Shown here: positions 8,216 to 16,548 of the stretch, one piece after another
Layout of the letters: each line of letters opens with the position of its first letter
Position numbering within the stretch: the first letter of the stretch is position 1
IMG/VR virus record: IMGVR_UViG_3300014968_000002
Coordinates: 673 to 64,672 of that record
DNA from: a virus
Lineage: Duplodnaviria > Caudoviricetes
Direction: 5' to 3' (one strand)
Length of the DNA: 64,000 nt
Position numbers and translations under genes: made by a program
The notes under the pieces: model-generated
The model's input: the letters and a program-made list of their open reading frames with translations, nothing else
The model's database searches: none
Told to the model about the DNA's origin: nothing

Positions 8216-9166
8216 ATGAGTAAGGGAAAACCTGCAGCAAAGAGCCGCAAGCCTCTGAAGCGCGCAGCGCAGAAGCTGAAGACGGTTTACTCGACCGGCC
8301 CTGAGCAAGGGGCAGAAGCAGTTGCGGAGATTACTCCTCAGCAAGATGCCGCGCTGGCAGCAGCGCAAGCTGCTGCCGACAGCAAGGCGCGCATCAATAC
8401 GCACGAGGGTCCTAAGCCGATCCCTGTGCGTGAAGGGCAGGCATTTGGCCTGGTTGAAATTCCTGTGGAGGGGACAAGCTTGACGCTGCTTGGTTTGCCG
8501 CCAGGCGCAGATCCAAAAATGCTGACGCTTGAGCAGCGCATCGACATTGCTCGGCGTCTCAACGAGGTAGGCCCAAGCCTACCCAAGTACAGGCCCAAGG
8601 GGAAATCGTTCCTCTCCGGCATGAAGTGGGATTCGTCAACCGCGGCAAAGGAGCCGCTTAATCAGGGAGTAACCATGCGTACTGAAGAGCAAGAGCAGTC
8701 GGAGTCAGCCGAGCAAGCAGATCCGCAAGCAGCACCCAAGAAGAGCAAGCGCAAGAGCAGCGGTGAGAAGGCCAGCCATCCGGCCGACCACGATCCTAAG
8801 ACCGAGAAAGCAATGGAAGACGCGCGGCAGAGCTTCGAGAAAGCACGCGCAGCCAAGAAGAAGTCCGGCGTGGCGCGCAGCGCCGATGAAGTGAAGAAGG
8901 CCGCCAAGGCTGCAACCAAGGCAGCCAAGACAAAGCCTGCTGCCAAGTCCGAGAAGCCGGCATCCAATGGCAAAGGCCGCGGCAGCGCAGGCGGCGGCAA
9001 GGGCAAGGGCATCGGTGCCTTCTGCTCCGACTTGCTGCTGAAGAACAAGACCACCGAGCAGATACTCGCCGCCGTCAAGGAGAAGTATCCAGACGCCAAG
9101 ACCTCGCCCGCTTCGATTGCATGGTACCGCAACAAGCTGCGCGAGGAAGGCAAGCTGAAGGACTAG
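8216..9166 (+). CDS. Lys/Ala-rich protein with C-terminal HTH-like domain
   Basis: AAGGAG SD; KKAAKAATKAAK region; KTSPASIAWYRNKL; possible internal start at 8676 (GGGAG SD, MRTEEQ). Confidence 0.75.
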   Translation: MSKGKPAAKSRKPLKRAAQKLKTVYSTGPEQGAEAVAEITPQQDAALAAAQAAADSKARINTHEGPKPIPVREGQAFGLVEIPVEGTSLTLLGLPPGADPKMLTLEQRIDIARRLNEVGPSLPKYRPKGKSFLSGMKWDSSTAAKEPLNQGVTMRTEEQEQSESAEQADPQAAPKKSKRKSSGEKASHPADHDPKTEKAMEDARQSFEKARAAKKKSGVARSADEVKKAAKAATKAAKTKPAAKSEKPASNGKGRGSAGGGKGKGIGAFCSDLLLKNKTTEQILAAVKEKYPDAKTSPASIAWYRNKLREEGKLKD

Positions 9167-9186
9167 GCTCAGCGAGCTGGGCGCAA

Positions 9187-9218
9187 GGCGCGGCGCTTTC
9201 GGGCGCTGCGCCGTTTTC
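9187..9218 (+). terminator. Rho-independent terminator
   Basis: GGCGCGGCGCT-ttcg-GGCGCTGCGCC followed by GTTTTC. Confidence 0.65.
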
Positions 9219-9247
9219 ATTTCCATAATCAGAACTAGGAGAGCAGC

Positions 9248-9625
9248 ATGAGCGACGGAATCAAGCGTATGCACGAGGACATGGAAGAACGCAATCACCA
9301 GATCGATATCCTGAAGCAGGCGCGCATCGAGGATATACTGGCCGAGCTGAAGAGCCGCGGCAGCAATCTAGGCCCGCTGGCCGAGGCCGGCCTGCTGGCA
9401 ATCAAGAAGGGCGGCGATTATAACGACGGCCATTCAAGGGACGAGTACTTTCCGCTCGGCTTGTCGTCCTATGCGCAGATGCTGCACATCAAGTGCACGC
9501 GCTTGTTGTCGTTTGCCCGCAATCCGCGTGAAGCAAACTTCGAGGGAGAGCGCGACACGCTGCTCGATCTTATCAATTATTCCAGCTTCGCCATCGACTG
9601 GCTTGATCGCTCGAAGAAAGGATAA
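9248..9625 (+). CDS. Nucleotide modification associated domain 1 (Nmad1/DUF1599)-like protein
   Basis: KKGGDYN...EYFP.G..SYAQM..IK..RL...NFEG.RDTLLDLINYS. Confidence 0.7.
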   Translation: MSDGIKRMHEDMEERNHQIDILKQARIEDILAELKSRGSNLGPLAEAGLLAIKKGGDYNDGHSRDEYFPLGLSSYAQMLHIKCTRLLSFARNPREANFEGERDTLLDLINYSSFAIDWLDRSKKG

Positions 9626-9628
9626 GGG

Positions 9629-9832
9629 ATGATTAGCTCGCATCAATCAGCGCGTCTTGAGGCGGCTAATATTCTACGGGAGATAATCGAGAAGCTGCAT
9701 CCTCTTAATTCTCTGATATGCATGTCTAGCGATGATAGGCAGCGCATCAACGATGCATATCGGAATTTGGATGCAGTCTTTCAGCGCGTTCTTCCGCCTA
9801 TCAAGACAAAACCAAACGGCGAAATACTCTAG
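9629..9832 (+). CDS. Hypothetical protein
   Basis: Operon packing; lower GC. Confidence 0.5.
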   Translation: MISSHQSARLEAANILREIIEKLHPLNSLICMSSDDRQRINDAYRNLDAVFQRVLPPIKTKPNGEIL

Positions 9833-9843
9833 GGAGAAAAGCA

Positions 9844-10731
9844 ATGAATCAATGGCATGCCCTGCTTGAGCAGGCAATGAAGAACGGATCAGCACGGCCT
9901 GACCGCACAGGAGTTGGAACGTGGTCTCTATTCGGAGTGCGCACTGAGTGGGACCTTGCAAAAGGATTCCCTGCTGTTACGACAAAGACTCTAGCCTTCA
10001 GCCAGATGGCTGCAGAGCTGGCCTGCTTCATCCGCGGGTACAATAGCCTGACTGACTTCAATCAGATGGGCTGCAAGATTTGGGATGGCAATGCCAAGCA
10101 AACCACCGGCAGCATGTTCCGCCCGCGCTTCGAAGGAGACCTGGGCCGTATCTACGGAGTGCAGTGGCGGCGCTGGCGCAGTGCGCATCATCTTGCATCA
10201 AGCAACACCATCATCATGGACGAGACAGACCAGCTTGCCAATCTGGTGGCCGGGCTGAGGCGTGATCCTTATGGCCGCCGCCATATCGTCAGTGCATGGA
10301 ACCCGGGCGAGCTGGCTGATATGTGCCTGCCGCCCTGCCATATGTTCTTCCAGTGCTATGCCGAGGATGACACGGCAATGGCCCAGGAAACATTCGGCGA
10401 GCAGCCGCATCTGCTCACTACGGCCGTCTATCTGCGCTCGCTGGACTTGTTCCTCGGCATGCCTTTCGACGTGGCATCTTATGCGCTGCTTACGCATCTG
10501 ATTGCCCGCGAGCTGGGCTGGGGAGTCGGCAGGCTTATCCTCGTGGCAGGCGACGCGCATGTGTACCGCAACCATGCCGATGCCGTGCGCGAGGTGCTGA
10601 GCCGCGAGCCGCTGCCGCCTTGCAGGCTGCAATTGGCCGATGGCACCGACCTCTTCAGCTTCATGCCGTCGGAAGCGCGCCTTGTTGAGTACAAGTCGCA
10701 TGGCCCGGTGGCAGCGCCGCTCAATCTCTAA
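9844..10731 (+). CDS. thyA: Thymidylate synthase family protein (Asp at the dUMP-specificity Asn position)
   Basis: RPDRTGVGT, LGRIYGVQWR, SAWNP, LPPCH, RSLDLFLGMPFDVASY, GDAHVY.NH. Confidence 0.92.
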   Translation: MNQWHALLEQAMKNGSARPDRTGVGTWSLFGVRTEWDLAKGFPAVTTKTLAFSQMAAELACFIRGYNSLTDFNQMGCKIWDGNAKQTTGSMFRPRFEGDLGRIYGVQWRRWRSAHHLASSNTIIMDETDQLANLVAGLRRDPYGRRHIVSAWNPGELADMCLPPCHMFFQCYAEDDTAMAQETFGEQPHLLTTAVYLRSLDLFLGMPFDVASYALLTHLIARELGWGVGRLILVAGDAHVYRNHADAVREVLSREPLPPCRLQLADGTDLFSFMPSEARLVEYKSHGPVAAPLNL

Positions 10732-10740
10732 GGAGGCAAC

Positions 10741-11328
10741 ATGGAAGAAGTGCTATGCACGCTCTGCGCTGAGCAGCAGGGCAGAAGCGGTACCAAGCTA
10801 TGCGACCGCTGCTGGGAGCTGAAAACCAGGATCGAGCGCGATCCGGCGCTCGCGCTAAAGGTCCTCTCGCGCAGCCAATCAGCCATGCCGCACTATGCCA
10901 GCAACTTCGGCGATGTGCTGGCCTTCCACCAGAAGATGGGCCTGCCGACATCGCTGATTCCGCGCATGCTTGACCAGGAGCAGTTCCTCTACCGGCTGCG
11001 CTTCAAGCGCGAGGAACTGCAGGAGCTGGAGGACTGGTTCTTCCAGCAGGACATGGTTAAGGTCGTCGACAGCCTGCTCGACCTTGCCTATGTCATCATG
11101 GGAACTGCCGTTGAAATGGGCGTGCCATGGAATTCTTGCTGGGCCCATGTGCATGCAGCTAACATGAAGAAGCAGCGCGACGGAGGCAGCGCGGATATGG
11201 GCTATGCAGGCCGCTACAAGAACCGCATCTTGAAGCCTGATGGCTGGGAGCCGCCTGACAACGAGATAGCGCGCGAGCTGATGCTGGCCGGCTACAACCC
11301 GCCTGAGTCAGAAGGAGGCACGCTGTAA
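10741..11328 (+). CDS. MazG-like/PRA-PH-type all-alpha NTP pyrophosphohydrolase
   Basis: DVLAFHQKMG...REELQEL...VDSLLDLAYV...VHAANMKK...ILKPDGWEPPD. Confidence 0.85.
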   Translation: MEEVLCTLCAEQQGRSGTKLCDRCWELKTRIERDPALALKVLSRSQSAMPHYASNFGDVLAFHQKMGLPTSLIPRMLDQEQFLYRLRFKREELQELEDWFFQQDMVKVVDSLLDLAYVIMGTAVEMGVPWNSCWAHVHAANMKKQRDGGSADMGYAGRYKNRILKPDGWEPPDNEIARELMLAGYNPPESEGGTL

Positions 11329-11795
11329 TGAACCGCCGTGGATTCTTGCGCGCAATGCTTGCGGCTGCCGCGGCACCTGCAATCGTGCGCGCAGAATCCA
11401 TCATGCGGGTGCGGCCGCTGAGAAGCCTGGCAGAAGAGCATGCGCTTGAGGTAGAGCGCGCGGTCATGTTCGGCGACTCGGCGATAGTTGATATCGACCA
11501 AGCTTTGAGAATGATATGGGATAGCTCAAAGCTGATGCCTACGCAGATTTATATTGCAGCATCGCAGGCCGAGCAAATAGGCCTGATATTTTCAGAGGGA
11601 GATACTTATGGAATCTATTCTGGTGAAGCTGAAGAGCGGAGAGCAATTGGAGGTTCGCGCCTCGTTCTACCCGCTTGGTACCAAGAACCTGGGCTGGGAA
11701 GCAATGGAGAGGGCGAGAGAAGCATTGGCAGACAGCCCGCATGTCCTGGAAGCGAAGATCATTACTGTAAAGGAGTAGACGATGGCAGCGACTAA
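11328..11795 (+). CDS. Hypothetical protein with twin-arginine-like leader
   Basis: MNRRGFLRAMLAAAAAPAIVRA; GGAGG SD. Confidence 0.6.
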   Translation: MNRRGFLRAMLAAAAAPAIVRAESIMRVRPLRSLAEEHALEVERAVMFGDSAIVDIDQALRMIWDSSKLMPTQIYIAASQAEQIGLIFSEGDTYGIYSGEAEERRAIGGSRLVLPAWYQEPGLGSNGEGERSIGRQPACPGSEDHYCKGVDDGSD

Positions 11796-12045
11796 AAAAG
11801 CCAAGAAGCCGGAGCAGCCTGCCGCCGACGACCGCCTGCACGTGCGCGAGCTGTATATCCGCCGCACGCTTGCATCGGATGCAGACAAGTCGCATATCAC
11901 GTGGCACATGGTATGGGACGCAGAGGCTTTCATGCAAAGCCAGCTCGACGAGGAGTGGAAGCGGCAGGACAAGAAGCAACCATTCTACGTGCTGTCGGTT
12001 GCAGACAAAGCCGACTACTACCAGCAGGTCAGGAGAAGCAAATGA
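11782..12045 (+). CDS. Hypothetical protein
   Basis: AGGAG SD; coupled to next gene. Confidence 0.7.
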   Translation: MAATKKAKKPEQPAADDRLHVRELYIRRTLASDADKSHITWHMVWDAEAFMQSQLDEEWKRQDKKQPFYVLSVADKADYYQQVRRSK

Positions 12046-12623
12046 GGCCTTCGATCGACGATACCATGATGGCGATTGCTATGGCGCTTTCCCTTCGCGC
12101 CACATGCTATAAGGCCAAGGTGGGCTGTGTGCTCTGCGACAAGCAAGGGCGGATCCTCTCGGCAGCCTACAATGGCGTGTCGCGCGGCGAGCCGCACTGC
12201 AACCACGAAACGCAATGGGCTCTTCCTCCAGGCTGGACTGAAGAGGAATCCTACGCAGCTTATCTGCGGCAGAAGTACGGGAAGCCGGTGATTGCCAAGG
12301 GCAAGGAAATAATCCAGTTTCCGTACGTCTGCGGAGGCGCAATTGCCCCGCCCGGTTCCGACCGCTGCGAGGCCGTGCATGCGGAGACCAATGCGCTCCT
12401 GCAATGCCGAGACCCGGACCTGATCTACAGCGCCTACTGCACGGCAGAGCCTTGCTTTCGCTGCACCAAGGAACTGCTCAATACCGGCTGCCGGCGGATC
12501 GTCTGGGCGCGCCCGTACGGGCCTGAGCCGCAGGCAGGCGAGCTATGGCAGCGGCGCGGCCGCGAATGGCTGCAATTGCAGGCCGAGCCGCCAGCCGCCC
12601 AGGCAGGCGCAGAAGAGGCCTAA
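12042..12623 (+). CDS. dCMP deaminase
   Basis: RATC.KAKVGCVL...AYNG, HAETNAL, EPCFRC Zn ligands. Confidence 0.92.
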   Translation: MRPSIDDTMMAIAMALSLRATCYKAKVGCVLCDKQGRILSAAYNGVSRGEPHCNHETQWALPPGWTEEESYAAYLRQKYGKPVIAKGKEIIQFPYVCGGAIAPPGSDRCEAVHAETNALLQCRDPDLIYSAYCTAEPCFRCTKELLNTGCRRIVWARPYGPEPQAGELWQRRGREWLQLQAEPPAAQAGAEEA

Positions 12624-12777
12624 AAAGCGCGGCAGCGGCTTTGATACAGCTCCACCATCGCGTTTCCAGCCGGCAGCCGCGGCGGGTATAGCCTGGAGGC
12701 CTTGCCAGAGCGCCTGGAAGGCCGATAGCCGACTGCTTTAGTCGGCAATTATTGCAGCGCAACAGAAGGGAGAAAGC

Positions 12778-13824
12778 ATGAGCATTAAAGTCCTGGTTCC
12801 TTGGGTGCCGCCCTTGGACCTCGTGGTACCGCGCATCGAGCGCGCATACAAGGCCAGATGGTATACAAACTTCGGCCAGCTCGTCGAGGAATTGGAAGCG
12901 CGCCTGGCCGAGAAGTTCTTTCCTGGAATGCATGTGGTGACGACTTCCTCAGGCACGTCTGCCCTGGAGCTGTCCTACCGGTTGCAGCGCGCCTACGGCA
13001 TCCATACGGCGCTCCTCAGCGCCTGGTCGTTTCCTGCCGCGGCCCTGGCTGCGCATGCCGCAGGGCTGCAAGTCAGGTTCCGCGACGTATCACCCAGCAC
13101 CTGGAGCGACGGCTCGGTGGCTGCCTTGGGCATTCCTGTCAGCAAGGACCTGGACGACCGGCCTTTCGTCGTCGATGCAGCCGCGGCGATAGGAATGCAA
13201 AAGGCGCTGCCTGAGGCGCTGCTCTGCTTCTCGATGCATGCAACAAAGCCGCTGCCTGCCATCGAGGGAGGATTCATCGTGACGGCTATGCAGGATGAAG
13301 CGCGCGAGCTGAGGCGCATGACCAACTTCGGATATGCAGAGCCGACGCGCACAGCGCACATATCGACAGGGCATGCCACGTCGATGGGCTGGGGAACCAA
13401 CGCCAAGCTATCGGAATTCCATGCAGCAGTGGCCCTGGCAGCGCTAGATCAATGGGAGCTGATCGAGCTAGGCTACCTGCGCCTCTTCGATCTTTACGAG
13501 AAGAACCTGCCGCCCGAGGTGTCTGTTGCTCCGGCCCGCAAGGTGCGCGGCATCTATCCGGTGCTGGGCGTGAAGCTGCCGCAGGGAATACGCGCATCGC
13601 GCATCTACCGCCATCTGAAGGCGGCAAACATCGAGACGCGGCGCTGGTACTCGCCTCCCATCTCAGGCCATATTTTGTTCCGTGCTCTTTGCAGTGAGTT
13701 CCCTGTAACAGACGAGCTGGCCGAGCACGTCATCGGATTGCCTTGGCACCTGTACCTGCAGGAAGGCGATATCAAGGAAGTCTGCTTCAATCTCGCAAGC
13801 GCTATTGGAAAGGAAATGAAATGA
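12778..13824 (+). CDS. DegT/DnrJ/EryC1/StrS (VioA-like) PLP-dependent NDP-sugar aminotransferase
   Basis: WYTNFG.LV.ELE, SSGTSALEL, VVDAA, FSMHATK (PLP Lys), EGGFI, GTNAKLSE..AA. Confidence 0.9.
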   Translation: MSIKVLVPWVPPLDLVVPRIERAYKARWYTNFGQLVEELEARLAEKFFPGMHVVTTSSGTSALELSYRLQRAYGIHTALLSAWSFPAAALAAHAAGLQVRFRDVSPSTWSDGSVAALGIPVSKDLDDRPFVVDAAAAIGMQKALPEALLCFSMHATKPLPAIEGGFIVTAMQDEARELRRMTNFGYAEPTRTAHISTGHATSMGWGTNAKLSEFHAAVALAALDQWELIELGYLRLFDLYEKNLPPEVSVAPARKVRGIYPVLGVKLPQGIRASRIYRHLKAANIETRRWYSPPISGHILFRALCSEFPVTDELAEHVIGLPWHLYLQEGDIKEVCFNLASAIGKEMK

Positions 13825-14519
13825 GACAGCAAGGACCGAGACTTTTTATTTTCGGGTGCGGCGGCTACGGCCGCGAAGTTATGGATATGACGCTGCGGCA
13901 CATGGCCCAGCTCGCGGCCAACAATATCCGTGTGCAGGCTGAATTCCTGGTCGACCAAGAAGGATCCATCCCGCCCAACCGCCTGGTCAACGGCCTGACG
14001 GTGCGCCATATCCGCGAGGTGATGGGCGACAAGACGCGCAGCATGGACGGCTACGTGGTGGCAGTCGGCGATCCTGCCGCGCGCAAGAAGATAGTGGAGA
14101 CAATCGAGAAGGCATGCATCGAGCTTGGTAATCCAGGCCGCTTGCAGCCCGACCGCGTGAAATCACCGACGGCAGTTGCCTCAGACGATTCGCAGGCCGG
14201 GCCTGGATCCATCCTCAGCGACTTCGCGCTGATTTCTCCCAATGCAAGCATTGGAACGCACTTTCACGCCAACATATATTCTTACGTCGCGCATGACTGC
14301 GTAGTCGGAAACTATGTGACGCTTGCGCCCAAGGCTGCAGTCAACGGCAATGTGCGGATAGGCGATGGCGTCTACATAGGCACCGGCGCTGTCATCAAGC
14401 CGGGAGTCAGCATCGGCAACGGCGCTGTGATCGGCATGGGCGCAATGGTCTTGCGCGACGTTGAAGACGGCGAGATCGTGGTGGGAAACCCGGCAAAGCC
14501 AATGAACAAGAAGCGCTAA
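13821..14519 (+). CDS. PglD/NeuD/VioB-like NDP-sugar acetyltransferase (hexapeptide repeat)
   Basis: IFGCGGYGREV, VVAVGDP..R, left-handed beta-helix repeats, HDCVVG, VVGNPAK. Confidence 0.9.
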   Translation: MRQQGPRLFIFGCGGYGREVMDMTLRHMAQLAANNIRVQAEFLVDQEGSIPPNRLVNGLTVRHIREVMGDKTRSMDGYVVAVGDPAARKKIVETIEKACIELGNPGRLQPDRVKSPTAVASDDSQAGPGSILSDFALISPNASIGTHFHANIYSYVAHDCVVGNYVTLAPKAAVNGNVRIGDGVYIGTGAVIKPGVSIGNGAVIGMGAMVLRDVEDGEIVVGNPAKPMNKKR

Positions 14520-14532
14520 CCAGGAGAAGCAA

Positions 14533-16548
14533 ATGGAAGAAGTAAAGGGAGAGGCACCGGCAGCCGTGGCTGACAAGCCTAAAGAGCCGGAGAAAGTCGC
14601 GCTGCACTCGGTGAACCTCGAGCAATTCGAGGAGCTGGTCTATCAGCGGCAGCACGTCCGCGGCATGAACGAGCTGGTAGCAATCCTCTTGAAGCTGCGC
14701 GCAGGAGCGGGCTTCATGAATCATCCGGTCATGCAAATGGAAGATCCAAAGATTGCGAGCGTGCTGTGCACCCGCCTTGCCGCAGCTATCACAGCGCTGC
14801 TTGTCGACGTGGGGACGACGATAGACGAGGACGAGTTCTCGCGCGTCGCTGTTCTGCAGCCTACGCTCGATACCGTGTTCTCGTTGTCTGCATTCCAGAA
14901 CAGCGACCACATCATGGCGCTGTTGTCTGATAACCCATCTGAGCGCGACCCGGCTAAGCGGCACTACAGCTCACAGCAGGCATTCGCCAAGGCGATGATG
15001 GTCTGGACAATGGACTCGAATATCGATATCGATTTCGAGGGCGCATTCGCCAATGCCAAGACCTTGCTATTCTCATGGTTCCTAGGCATGTCGTCACGCC
15101 TGCCTCCGCTGACGGCCCGGGCCTTCGACCGTTACCAGAAGATCATCGGCTACGGCGAAGCATTCGAGCAGGAGCATATGCGCGGCGACCTGCTGCCGGC
15201 GCTGGCCGATGCCAACATGCACTGCTCCTATGCCGTGCGGCCGGATAAGCACAAGCTAAAGCGTAGCGCATCGCGCATCCTAAAGAAGAACTGGGCATCG
15301 CTGATCGGAGCAGGCGTGGGCGATGCCCGCGATATCCGGCGCGAAGCGCGGCGGCCGCTGGGCGGGCAAGGCAGCGAGAAGCCAGTCATCCTGATGCCGA
15401 TCGAGTGGTGGACAAGTCACCATGCCATGTATCGCTGCTATGAGCCAGTGGTCGCGCAACTGCGCAAGGACTTCAGGCTAGTGGCCATGGCGCGCCCGGA
15501 TGCATACGATGAGGAGTCGGCCAAGTGCTTCGACGAAGTAATACCGCTCGGCTCCAAGACGCGCGCCATGGTGCTGCAGGAAATCGTGATGAACATCAAG
15601 CGCATCAAGCCGGATGTGATCTACTACCTGTCCGTCGGCATGGCGCAATGGTGGACAGCGCTGTCGGCCGTCAGGCTTGCGCCGATACAGCTCATGTCGC
15701 TTGGCCATCCTGCATCCTCAATGTCCGTCGAGATGGACTATGCTCTGGTCGAGCACGGCCTGGCGCTGGGGCCGGATACATTCCGCGAGACGATCTTGGA
15801 ATTGCCGGTCAATGCGCTGAAGTTCAAGAAGCGCGCCGACCACGATGAAGAGACTATCAAGAAGCTGCGCGAAGGGCGGCTGGCTGACAACGGCGTGGCA
15901 CGCGCACAAGGGCAATTCCACGTCGCCGTGCCGGCCATGGCAGCCAAGCTGAATTATCCCTTCATCAAGCTGTTGCAGGAGGCGCGCAACGAAGCAGCAC
16001 TGGAAGGAGTGACAATACATTATCACTTCTTCCCGAACCTGCTCGGCATGGGGCAGATGCTGTACAAGCGCCTGCTAACAGAGCTGTTACCGGGCAGCAT
16101 TATCAACGAGCGCTGCGGATACGACCTCTACCTGCTGAAGCTGTCGACCTGCGACGTGCACGCGTCGCCATTCCCGTTCGGCGGCACTAACTCTAACCTG
16201 GACTCGATGCAACTAGGCATGCCGGTCCTTGCTCTAGAAGGGCCGATGGAAGTGCACGAGCGCTACGATGCAGCAATGCTGAGGCGCGCAGGCTTGGCTG
16301 ACCTGATTGCCGGCGATGCCGATCATTACAAGAGCTTGCTGGTGAAGATGGCCACCGACGCCAAGTTCTTGGATGAGCAGAAGCAGAAGGCCATGGCACC
16401 GGATATCGATGCCATTTTCTACAGCGACCTCGCGCCTCCGGCCAAGGATGCCTTCGCGAACGCAATCAAGTACGTCTACCGCAACCATAGCAGGCTGAAA
16501 ACCGCCGGCCGCAAAATCAGATGGGAGGAGTACAGCAATGCAATATGA
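14533..16548 (+). CDS. HMW1C/NGT-like (GT41) cytoplasmic protein N-glycosyltransferase
   Basis: Full-length colinear resemblance to HMW1C/ApNGT: LEQFEELV, RLAAAITAL, YMHCSY-like NMHCSYA..PDKH.LK, KPV..M..EW.TSHHAMYR, SVGM...RLAPIQ..SLGHPAS, AKLNYPF, SPFPFGGTNSNLD, EVHE..D. Confidence 0.85.
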   Translation: MEEVKGEAPAAVADKPKEPEKVALHSVNLEQFEELVYQRQHVRGMNELVAILLKLRAGAGFMNHPVMQMEDPKIASVLCTRLAAAITALLVDVGTTIDEDEFSRVAVLQPTLDTVFSLSAFQNSDHIMALLSDNPSERDPAKRHYSSQQAFAKAMMVWTMDSNIDIDFEGAFANAKTLLFSWFLGMSSRLPPLTARAFDRYQKIIGYGEAFEQEHMRGDLLPALADANMHCSYAVRPDKHKLKRSASRILKKNWASLIGAGVGDARDIRREARRPLGGQGSEKPVILMPIEWWTSHHAMYRCYEPVVAQLRKDFRLVAMARPDAYDEESAKCFDEVIPLGSKTRAMVLQEIVMNIKRIKPDVIYYLSVGMAQWWTALSAVRLAPIQLMSLGHPASSMSVEMDYALVEHGLALGPDTFRETILELPVNALKFKKRADHDEETIKKLREGRLADNGVARAQGQFHVAVPAMAAKLNYPFIKLLQEARNEAALEGVTIHYHFFPNLLGMGQMLYKRLLTELLPGSIINERCGYDLYLLKLSTCDVHASPFPFGGTNSNLDSMQLGMPVLALEGPMEVHERYDAAMLRRAGLADLIAGDADHYKSLLVKMATDAKFLDEQKQKAMAPDIDAIFYSDLAPPAKDAFANAIKYVYRNHSRLKTAGRKIRWEEYSNAI

